A stretch of DNA of 62,546 nt from a virus (taxonomy: Duplodnaviria > Caudoviricetes), in the IMG/VR virus record IMGVR_UViG_3300021962_000102, positions 1-62,546 of that record, one strand, 5' to 3'. Position 1 is the stretch's first letter, and every line of letters starts with the position of its first letter. The notes under the pieces are model-generated. The model was not told where the DNA came from. It did no database searches and worked only from the letters and a program-made list of their open reading frames with translations. A program made the translations under genes and the position numbers. Positions 47,676 through 54,734 of the stretch are shown in pieces.

Positions 47676-48329
47676 TTAAGAGATAATGCTGAAGTACGTA
47701 CCGTGACCTGGGCGCTCAACAATATGTTCTTCGCCTTCGATTACAAACTTAACTCGCTTGCAGTCTGCAAAGCCGATCTCACGTCGCTCCATTGCTGTTG
47801 ATGAAGCGTGACCATTTCTGATGTAAATCTTTTGATCTGTTTCGTGTGTATTTGTGTCAACTGTAAAGCTATCACCAAAGTTGTGCCATTCTTTTTCTGG
47901 TTGCTTGTAACCACCTTCTTCAAGAACAGAGATTACAACTGGTCGTTGATCATCTGTAGCAGCCAATATCATTTTTTCTGCAAACTTCTTGGTGATATGA
48001 ACTTCTTTTGTGAACGGACTGTTGTTCTCTGCGATTTGTGAACTGATCTTTTCTTTCCAGTCAGAGCAAGCTACATCGTAGATTTTACCAATGCTTTCAC
48101 GCTTTAGCTTAATCATACTTGAGTCATCTGCTAGCTCTAACCAACGGGCGTTGCACCACATATTGTCGTCTTCGGCGAAGCTTACTCGCGCGGTTTCGTC
48201 GCTTGGGTCTACGATGATTACTTCGCCAGTTTTGCCAAGGTATTCGCTACTAATGACACCAACGCCTGGACCTTCTGTAAGGTTAACTACTTTTACTTGT
48301 TGTCCTTCTTTGATTTCGTGGATTTTCAT
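47676..48329 (-). CDS. hypothetical protein with an N-terminal SH3/KOW-like region
   Basis: IKEGQQVKV...GKTGEVI; YIRNG..EIGF shared with 48621..49526. Confidence 0.6.
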   Translation of the reverse strand: MKIHEIKEGQQVKVVNLTEGPGVGVISSEYLGKTGEVIIVDPSDETARVSFAEDDNMWCNARWLELADDSSMIKLKRESIGKIYDVACSDWKEKISSQIAENNSPFTKEVHITKKFAEKMILAATDDQRPVVISVLEEGGYKQPEKEWHNFGDSFTVDTNTHETDQKIYIRNGHASSTAMERREIGFADCKRVKFVIEGEEHIVERPGHGTYFSIIS

Positions 48330-48387
48330 AAAAAAATAAAATTAAGGTTAAGTGAAAATTAAAGGTTATAACTAGTGTGTATAGCAA

Positions 48388-48594
48388 CTACTGCTGCGGG
48401 AAAAACTTATCTGTATTGCGTTTGACATATTCTAGCCCAGCGATGAAGCCGACGTCAAAGATGCGCATCATCTCTTCTTGAGAACCAGCGAGTTCAGTGA
48501 ACTCAAGGAACTGTTTGTCATCGGAGAATGATACGTAGATGCTGGCCATCTCATTCATTAGCCATTGCTGCATTAGTTGTTCTTGCTCAGTCAT
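48388..48594 (-). CDS. hypothetical protein
   Basis: Downstream of an early promoter. Confidence 0.6.
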   Translation of the reverse strand: MTEQEQLMQQWLMNEMASIYVSFSDDKQFLEFTELAGSQEEMMRIFDVGFIAGLEYVKRNTDKFFPQQ

Positions 48595-48615
48595 AGTGCT
48601 GTTGTTTTACATAGA

Positions 48616-48647
48616 TATTATCAATGCGCTTGCGTCGCGCGATCGTG
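48616..48647 (-). promoter_or_regulatory. phage early promoter motif
   Basis: CACG-N8-ACG-N10-GATAATA. Confidence 0.75.
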
Positions 48648-49526
48648 AGGACGAAGGCGGAAGTAGTTATCCGCTGTTCCACGGTTAACTACGTCAAACA
48701 CGACCTCGCCAGTATTGACGTTCTCAATACAAATGCGGAAATAGCCTGAAAAACCAATCTCAAAGCATCTATACTCTGGACTACTAGATAAACCATTTCG
48801 GATGTATAGATTGTTGCCGCTGTGCATTTCTAAGTCTATATTGTAGAAACGCTTTTTAACCAATCGCTTATGGTACTTGTTATCCGTGATTGTATCCAAG
48901 AATTTACTGACTACGCTGTACTTGCCCCAATGGTGCATTAGTATTTCGTAGAAAACCCAGTCTTTAGGATCTGGGAAAACGTTAAAAACATCGTAACTAA
49001 ACAGTCTACCTAAAAAGTCTTTCTTGATGTCTAGTTTATCTTCAAGCGGGATCATAGACATGTCAATAGCTTCAAAGAAATCACCTAAATGCTCTTGCAA
49101 ATCTTTAGGGTTCTTAATCACGCTCTTACCACTAAGTGGCCTGATGAAGATGCGGTACTCATCTCGCTTACCAGACGTGGTGAACGCAGCGCCATCGGTT
49201 TGGTACACCATAGTGAAGAAGTCTAAATCATACTTGTTAGACACAAGCAAACCACCGTTCACCTCTGTGAGTGCATCGTTGCCGTAAAGCTTAAATTCTT
49301 TGCCGAAGTGATAGCAACCACCGTTGAGTAGTTTTTTGAACTCAACTTCTTTGTCGCCAGCGTAGTTTTCGATTAAGAAGTCAACCTCTTCCTCGCTCAA
49401 GTGAACCACATCCATAAACACATTAGAACCAGCCATATCTTCAAACTCTCGGCGAGCCTTGCCTGGCAAATCAAAGTAGAACGGCTTTAACTCATCCAGT
49501 TCTACGTAAGTTATTTTTTCTTTCAT
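48621..49526 (-). CDS. hypothetical protein
   Basis: 301-aa ORF. Confidence 0.65.
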   Translation of the reverse strand: MKEKITYVELDELKPFYFDLPGKARREFEDMAGSNVFMDVVHLSEEEVDFLIENYAGDKEVEFKKLLNGGCYHFGKEFKLYGNDALTEVNGGLLVSNKYDLDFFTMVYQTDGAAFTTSGKRDEYRIFIRPLSGKSVIKNPKDLQEHLGDFFEAIDMSMIPLEDKLDIKKDFLGRLFSYDVFNVFPDPKDWVFYEILMHHWGKYSVVSKFLDTITDNKYHKRLVKKRFYNIDLEMHSGNNLYIRNGLSSSPEYRCFEIGFSGYFRICIENVNTGEVVFDVVNRGTADNYFRLRPHDRATQAH

Positions 49527-49637
49527 AGGTTTTTAAGTTAAATGTTAGGGCGACTGCCTAGGGCTAACTACAAGTGCAACCTTTAATCCATCGGTGAAGC
49601 CAAATGCACCAGTAGAAAATACCCTAAGCAATCTGGT

Positions 49638-49895
49638 CTAACCCTTGGCTCCACCAATTTTCTTAATACTACCGATCATAGCCCATCCGATGATAAATCC
49701 AGACATAGACGAGATAACGGCGTTATAATCTTCAACCATACCCTTGTTATCAGGGTCAATGTCAAGCTTGATACCGAACTCGTCATTAAGCATTTCTAAA
49801 AGCATTTCAAACGCAATAGAACTCTGTGCTTCGACCTCGGTGGTCATAGACTCTAAGTGCTTCTCAAAGTCTTCGTAGATAAATGAATCTTGCAT
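49638..49895 (-). CDS. hypothetical acidic protein
   Basis: Co-oriented ORF. Confidence 0.55.
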   Translation of the reverse strand: MQDSFIYEDFEKHLESMTTEVEAQSSIAFEMLLEMLNDEFGIKLDIDPDNKGMVEDYNAVISSMSGFIIGWAMIGSIKKIGGAKG

Positions 49896-49900
49896 ACTAA

Positions 49901-50137
49901 TTATTTTTTAGGCATTGTCTTATACCAAACATTCTTGTAAACCATATTGAACGCCAGTGAACCGATGTAGCCATCTAAACCTTGGCGCTTGTACTCATTG
50001 TACATAGCTTCGTGCATACCCGTTATAGTTGTAGCGTTGAAAACGCCTGACGGGTTTAAATCATCAAAAGTCTCAAGCAACACACCGACTAAAGCGGAGC
50101 GTAAGCTATCAATACTAGGTTCGTGGGTTTGTAGCAT
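49901..50137 (-). CDS. hypothetical protein
   Basis: Downstream of an early promoter. Confidence 0.55.
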   Translation of the reverse strand: MLQTHEPSIDSLRSALVGVLLETFDDLNPSGVFNATTITGMHEAMYNEYKRQGLDGYIGSLAFNMVYKNVWYKTMPKK

Positions 50138-50161
50138 AACTAAGTTGTGTTTTTACATAGA

Positions 50162-50193
50162 TATTATCGTCTGTCTTGCGTCATAAGATTGTA
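50162..50193 (-). promoter_or_regulatory. phage early promoter motif
   Basis: TACA-N8-ACG-N10-GATAATA. Confidence 0.7.
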
Positions 50194-50219
50194 TAGTTGA
50201 CAACTACACCATTTTATGG

Positions 50220-50426
50220 TTAAAGCTCGTTAGATTCAACTACAGCCGTGCTAAACGATGCGGCAAGGATAACTAGGCCAAGCACAACCCGCACGTTCTC
50301 ATCAATAGCATAGTAATCCATTGACCCAGTAAACAATACATAGAAAAAGTAAATAACAAACCAAAATAAAACCGATGACACAATAAGAACACCAATAAAC
50401 CGAACGAGTGAAGTGATAACTTCCAT
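50220..50426 (-). CDS. small two-TM membrane protein
   Basis: Two hydrophobic stretches. Confidence 0.55.
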   Translation of the reverse strand: MEVITSLVRFIGVLIVSSVLFWFVIYFFYVLFTGSMDYYAIDENVRVVLGLVILAASFSTAVVESNEL

Positions 50427-50505
50427 AATCAAGGTGGATAAAGAGTTAAAGTGAAAAAAACTAAGAGGAGGTTCAAAACCCTATCTCACACTAAGTGAAT
50501 AGGAA

Positions 50506-50687
50506 ATGTCACCAAACTAAGCTGAAAAAACTGTGACATTTGCCTTATAAGTAGTATATAGTAACGGGCTATTGTCACACTTTTGGCGGAGTTTAAGGTT
50601 ACTGGTAATGTCACCAGGTGAACCTCAAAAAAACTGTGACATTAGCCTTATAAGTAATAGATAGTAACAGGCTATTGTCACACTTTT
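50506..50687. repeat. ~103-bp tandem repeat with two 48-bp TGTGACA..TGTCACA elements and two extra TGTCAC half-sites (candidate origin)
   Basis: Elements at 50532-50579 and 50635-50682; ATGTCACC at 50506 and 50608. Confidence 0.85.
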
Positions 50688-50690
50688 AGT

Positions 50691-50891
50691 TTACTCTGCT
50701 ATGAAGGTCAAACCTTGGCAGGTAAAGAAGTCGCTCTCACTTGTCTTGAAGGTTTTAGGTAGCTCGTTGAGCCTGTGACCTTCGTAAGTTTTTCCTTTGT
50801 ACTGTAACTTGATACGGCGACTGTCGCCTGAATAAAAGAATTTTAGGAACATACCTGAGGATTTAAGGTTTAGGGTGATCGCACTGATCAT
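50691..50891 (-). CDS. hypothetical protein
   Basis: Downstream of an early promoter. Confidence 0.55.
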   Translation of the reverse strand: MISAITLNLKSSGMFLKFFYSGDSRRIKLQYKGKTYEGHRLNELPKTFKTSESDFFTCQGLTFIAE

Positions 50892-50894
50892 TTG

Positions 50895-50933
50895 TATTAT
50901 CAGACGCGGTGTGTATTAGGATTGTGTATAGCA
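50895..50933 (-). promoter_or_regulatory. phage early promoter motif with TGCTATA extension
   Basis: TGCTATACACA-N8-ACA-N10-GATAATA. Confidence 0.8.
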
Positions 50934-50945
50934 AAAAATAAAAGG

Positions 50946-50969
50946 AAAAAAGGCACCCGAAGGTGCCCT
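50946..50969 (-). terminator. intrinsic terminator (UUCG loop)
   Basis: GGCACC-TTCG-GGTGCC-TTTTTT. Confidence 0.85.
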
Positions 50970-50975
50970 TAATCC

Positions 50976-51209
50976 TTACTTCAATGCTTCTCGCACGAAT
51001 TTAGGTAGGTTGTTACTATTAGTGTAATTCCCGTATTTATTAAAGCAAGGCATTGCTTCAAACTTAGCTTTAAACAGCTCGAACACTTTATCGTGGTCGT
51101 AGGTCATTTCTTCACCTTTAGTATTCTTAAAAGTGATAGTTAAACCTTTGCCGAGCATATTCTTGGCAATTACAAAGCGATTCTTGGTGACTGAGGTTGA
51201 GGTAGACAT
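50976..51209 (-). CDS. early protein, paralogue 3
   Basis: KNRFVIAK..TYDHDKV..MPCFNKYGNYTNSNNLPKF. Confidence 0.8.
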   Translation of the reverse strand: MSTSTSVTKNRFVIAKNMLGKGLTITFKNTKGEEMTYDHDKVFELFKAKFEAMPCFNKYGNYTNSNNLPKFVREALK

Positions 51210-51247
51210 AGGAATGAGGTTTTAGACTGAGCGTCGATGCTCATCGT

Positions 51248-51286
51248 TATTATCCAATAGAGACTGTTTTAGGATTGTGTATAGCA
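51248..51286 (-). promoter_or_regulatory. phage early promoter motif with TGCTATA extension
   Basis: TGCTATACACA-N8-ACA-N10-GATAATA. Confidence 0.8.
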
Positions 51287-51296
51287 AATTAAAAAG

Positions 51297-51322
51297 AAAA
51301 AAAGAGGAGCTTTCGCTCCCCT
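51297..51322 (-). terminator. intrinsic terminator (GAAA loop)
   Basis: GGAGC-GAAA-GCTCC followed by a T tract. Confidence 0.8.
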
Positions 51323-51325
51323 TAG

Positions 51326-51550
51326 TCACTTCAAAGCCTCTCTGATAAACTTTGGTAAGTTATTACTATTCGTATAGTTTCCATACTTATTGAAGCAAGG
51401 CATCTCATCGAACTTACTCTTGAACATCTCGTATACCTTGTCGTGCTCGTAGGTTACTTCCTCACCTTTGGCATTCTTGAATACAATAGTCAGTTCCTTA
51501 CCAATCATATTCTTGGCGATCACGAAACGGTTCTTGGTTACTTGTGGCAT
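51326..51550 (-). CDS. early protein, paralogue 2
   Basis: Closely similar to 50976..51209. Confidence 0.8.
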   Translation of the reverse strand: MPQVTKNRFVIAKNMIGKELTIVFKNAKGEEVTYEHDKVYEMFKSKFDEMPCFNKYGNYTNSNNLPKFIREALK

Positions 51551-51590
51551 AATAAGTGGTGTTAGACGTAAGCTTTAGTGCTTACATAGG

Positions 51591-51629
51591 GATTATCCAT
51601 AGGAGCTCGTTAGAATCTTGTGTATAGCA
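51591..51629 (-). promoter_or_regulatory. phage early promoter motif with TGCTATA extension
   Basis: TGCTATACACA-N8-ACG-N10-GATAATC. Confidence 0.8.
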
Positions 51630-51639
51630 TACATAAAAG

Positions 51640-51661
51640 AAAAAAAGGGACCGAAGTCCCT
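51640..51661 (-). terminator. intrinsic terminator (UUCG loop)
   Basis: AGGGAC-TTCG-GTCCCT-TTTTTT. Confidence 0.85.
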
Positions 51662-51665
51662 CGTC

Positions 51666-51920
51666 TTACAGCATACTCGCCATATCTCTTACGAACTTAG
51701 GCAAGTTGTTACTGTTGGTGTAGTTACCGTACTTAGCGAAGCATGGCATCACTTCAAAGCGAGACTTGTTTGCCTCATACACCTTATCGTGATCGTATGT
51801 ACACTCTTCGCCTTTGTGGTTAGTGAATGAGATGATGATTCCTTTACCTAGCATGCTCTTCGCGATAACGAAACGCTTCTTGGCTACTGGTGCTGGGGTG
51901 GGGGTGGCTGTCTTAGACAT
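51666..51920 (-). CDS. early protein, paralogue 1
   Basis: Start at MSKT (51920), downstream of the promoter. Confidence 0.8.
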   Translation of the reverse strand: MSKTATPTPAPVAKKRFVIAKSMLGKGIIISFTNHKGEECTYDHDKVYEANKSRFEVMPCFAKYGNYTNSNNLPKFVRDMASML

Positions 51921-51947
51921 GATTAGAGGATTTAAGTTAGACATAGG

Positions 51948-51986
51948 TATTATCCATGGCAACTCGTAAGGATCTCGTGTATAGCA
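51948..51986 (-). promoter_or_regulatory. phage early promoter motif with TGCTATA extension (outermost)
   Basis: TGCTATACACG-N8-ACG-N10-GATAATA. Confidence 0.8.
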
Positions 51987-52168
51987 TAAACAAACAATAC
52001 CCTAAACATATTCAGAAACAATACACCAGCAGTCGCATCAACACTCAGTCAGTGGCGTAAAAGGCCTAAACCATATAGGTAAACGGTAAATAGGGCCCAG
52101 GCCCGGGTTTACAGATTGACTTTCCTAAACAGGGGCTTCCTCTCCCCGGAGGGGGCCAACACCCAACT

Positions 52169-52217
52169 TCTATACATCTAACAAAAAAAATACACCTCAC
52201 CTCTATACATCTAACAA
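52169..52217 (+). repeat. 16-bp direct repeat TCTATACATCTAACAA x2
   Basis: 52169-52184 and 52202-52217 in the non-coding divergence region. Confidence 0.75.
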
Positions 52218-52262
52218 CTAAATTAGCATTAATGGGAAGTCTTTAAATGTGATAGTGATAAT

Positions 52263-52508
52263 ATGGCAAAACAAAAGTTATCTGCGCAGGCATTGCGCGA
52301 CAAAAGAGCTAGGGATTTGGCAGAGGCAAAGAGTCCGCGTAGGACTCGGATGCGTGCTGAGAACCAGAAGAAGCGCAGGGACGCTGAGAAGGATGGTCAG
52401 GACGTTGATGGAAAAGACTACGACCACAATTCTAAGCGCTTTGTGAGTGTTAAGACCAACCGTGGAGGCCACGGAAGGGGTACAAAAGTGTATAATACTA
52501 AGAGGTAA
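52263..52508 (+). CDS. small basic degenerate HNH-like protein
   Basis: DGKDYDH....VSVKTNRG. Confidence 0.5.
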   Translation: MAKQKLSAQALRDKRARDLAEAKSPRRTRMRAENQKKRRDAEKDGQDVDGKDYDHNSKRFVSVKTNRGGHGRGTKVYNTKR

Positions 52509-52624
52509 TGGCAAAGAGTGCAAAAAAGAGGGTTTTCAATGCTAACGGAATCAAGAAGGTTGACAAGACTAGGGTTTCAGTTGGGTTGAAGAACATCGAA
52601 ATCATAAATAAGCTGTCGCTATGA
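52508..52624 (+). CDS. 38-aa basic protein (not in the ORF track)
   Basis: MAKSAKKRVF..., coupled at both ends. Confidence 0.55.
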   Translation: MAKSAKKRVFNANGIKKVDKTRVSVGLKNIEIINKLSL

Positions 52625-53064
52625 TGCGTTTTTCTGCGTTTCTGGTAGTTTTACTGCTCTCGGGGTGCTCAGCACAATGGCACCTAAAGAAAGCTGTTAA
52701 AAAGGACCCTAGTTTGCTTGACAAAAGCATCGTCACCGTGGTTGATACGGTGCTGATTCCTGGTGTTGAGGTGCGCGATACTGTTAGTTTCACTAACACG
52801 GACACCATAGAGATCGTTAAGGACAACTTTCACGTTCGTTTGGTGAAGGTGCGTGATTCTATTTTAGTTGACGGTGGGTGCAAAACTGATACTATAGTGC
52901 GCAAGGTGTCTGTCCCTGTTGAAAAACTTGTGTACAAAGAGAAAAATACTTTCTTTGATAAGGTAAAAAGCCTTTCGTTCTATGTGATAGTTGTTATTAT
53001 ACTGGCTTCAATAGTTAGAAGGTTGATTAAAAGTGTTTGGTGGTATGAAAGACTGGGTAAATAA
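52621..53064 (+). CDS. lipoprotein with C-terminal TM segment, u-spanin-like
   Basis: Lipobox LLLSG-C, DT-rich beta region, C-terminal TM, in the lysis cluster. Confidence 0.6.
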   Translation: MMRFSAFLVVLLLSGCSAQWHLKKAVKKDPSLLDKSIVTVVDTVLIPGVEVRDTVSFTNTDTIEIVKDNFHVRLVKVRDSILVDGGCKTDTIVRKVSVPVEKLVYKEKNTFFDKVKSLSFYVIVVIILASIVRRLIKSVWWYERLGK

Positions 53065-53266
53065 ACTACTTGCAGTAGGAGACGATGTTTCATCTAAGCG
53101 TGTCATCGGTGTAATTGGGGCTTTGGTTCTTTTTGGCACTATGATAGCTAATAGCTTTTCACCTATTGATATTGCACCCAGTAAAGAACTAGTTGAAGCG
53201 GTTGAGTACATAACAATAGCGATGTTCTTTGGAACAGCTGTTGAAAAATTTGCAAATAAAAAATAA
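53045..53266 (+). CDS. holin-like membrane protein
   Basis: SSKRVIG motif and two TM segments. Confidence 0.6.
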   Translation: MKDWVNKLLAVGDDVSSKRVIGVIGALVLFGTMIANSFSPIDIAPSKELVEAVEYITIAMFFGTAVEKFANKK

Positions 53267-53679
53267 TGCACGTAGCAGACGTAATGGAAGATAGAGGTTT
53301 AAAAAGGGTAGTTAGTATATTTAAGTACAGTGATAGTGAACCCAATGAGGTTTTTACGTCAATACTACATACGTTTATACTACCAGCGGCGCTTTACACA
53401 GAGATGTTTTCTTCTCCAATACTTTGTATTGTATCTATGTTTTGTGGTTTATACCAGGGATACGCTGTTTTATGGCATGGTGGTATTTCCATACGTTCTA
53501 ATGCTGTTAAAATTGCATTTTTGGTTGCCGTAGCTACTGTTTTGAATTACTGGATGGAAGGTATGCTACACGGCTCTAACATGGGCTGGCTATTGGTTTT
53601 GATTTTCTCTGGTTGGAATATCATAAGAGTAGAAAACCAAAAACACATTAATGAACTAAAAAAGAAATACGCTAAGTAA
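53266..53679 (+). CDS. multi-TM membrane protein
   Basis: 3-4 hydrophobic segments, basic C-terminus. Confidence 0.6.
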   Translation: MHVADVMEDRGLKRVVSIFKYSDSEPNEVFTSILHTFILPAALYTEMFSSPILCIVSMFCGLYQGYAVLWHGGISIRSNAVKIAFLVAVATVLNYWMEGMLHGSNMGWLLVLIFSGWNIIRVENQKHINELKKKYAK

Positions 53680-53990
53680 TGGACCTGGCTCAAGTTGTTA
53701 TAACAGTTGTAACGGTGTTAGGCAGTGGTGCTGCCTTTCAGTTTTACACTAATAGGATGAAATTAAGCGCAGATGCTAAAAAAGATGAGCTAGCTAATAG
53801 TGATACGCATTTATACCGTGATGATCTTAAAAACCGTGTCCGTAACCTGGAGGAATTATTGGCTAGATCTGCTGATGAAAAAGATGAAATGCGTCAGCAC
53901 ATACTTAATCTAACTGCTGAGGTTCACTCGCTGCGTGTTAAGGTTGACTTCTTGGAGCGTGAGAATCAAGCACTAAAAATGCGTAAATAA
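53679..53990 (+). CDS. TM plus coiled-coil holin-like protein
   Basis: N-terminal TM, coiled coil, abuts the endolysin. Confidence 0.55.
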   Translation: MDLAQVVITVVTVLGSGAAFQFYTNRMKLSADAKKDELANSDTHLYRDDLKNRVRNLEELLARSADEKDEMRQHILNLTAEVHSLRVKVDFLERENQALKMRK

Positions 53991-54457
53991 TGAAATTAAG
54001 TAAATATGTATCGCTTGCAGAGGTAACGCGTAGCGACACTGCAAAGCGCAGAGGCATCGACAACTCGCCAACCGAAGAGCATCTTGAAAACCTAAAGACT
54101 ATATGTGTTGACATTTTTGATAAAGTCCGCGAGTACTTTGGTGTACCCATTTACATCTCTAGTGGATATCGCTCAGCCGCTTTGAACAAGGCCATCGGTG
54201 GTAGTGCTACGTCTGACCACAACAAAGGCTGCGCGCTTGACCTAGACCAGGACGGCCATGGCAACGGAGTAACCAACGCGGACGTATTTAACTTTATCAA
54301 GAACAACTTGGAGTATGATCAACTTATCTGGGAGTTCGGTTCTAGCAAGAACCCAGATTGGGTACATGTTGGGTACAGAAAGGGAAAGAATAGAAAGCAA
54401 ACACTAAGAGCAATAAAGGACGCAAGTGGAAAAACAGTATATGCGCCGTTCAAGTAA
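53990..54457 (+). CDS. endolysin, peptidase M15 family
   Basis: ISSGYRS..LN.AIGG..TSDH..G.A.D, WVHVGY. Confidence 0.88.
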   Translation: MKLSKYVSLAEVTRSDTAKRRGIDNSPTEEHLENLKTICVDIFDKVREYFGVPIYISSGYRSAALNKAIGGSATSDHNKGCALDLDQDGHGNGVTNADVFNFIKNNLEYDQLIWEFGSSKNPDWVHVGYRKGKNRKQTLRAIKDASGKTVYAPFK

Positions 54458-54543
54458 GTTTTATATACAGCTTGACTATGATTTCATCATAAGCCAAATA
54501 GTAAGTGAAGCAAAAATAGAAACGGATAAAATAAAAGAAGAAA

Positions 54544-54687
54544 ATGGCAAAGATAAAAGCACAGTCTGCTGTAACATTTAAGGCAAAACCAAAGGTCTCT
54601 AGACCTGGAGTACACGCTAAGACTAAAACTTCTAAAAATAAAGCGTCTAAAAACTACGCTAAACCATACGCGGGGCAGGGTAAGTAA
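54544..54687 (+). CDS. 47-aa Lys-rich protein (not in the ORF track)
   Basis: RPGVHAKTKTS...KNY.KPYAGQGK. Confidence 0.65.
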   Translation: MAKIKAQSAVTFKAKPKVSRPGVHAKTKTSKNKASKNYAKPYAGQGK

Positions 54688-54699
54688 TTCTATTTTTAG

Positions 54700-54707
54700 T
54701 AAATTTG
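54700..54707 (+). promoter_or_regulatory. -7 box TAAATTTG upstream of groEL
   Basis: Exact TAnnTTTG, 27 nt before ATG 54735. Confidence 0.5.
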
Positions 54708-54734
54708 TGTAGTGTTACACAAAAAATTACTATA

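Noticed and set aside
51250-51958. TTATCCA as DnaA boxes
   Set aside because: They do not complete TTATCCACA and are the GATAAT block of the early promoter.
50506-51986. Repeats as a CRISPR array
   Set aside because: Spacing of 103 or ~350 bp, units contain genes and terminators, no cas genes.
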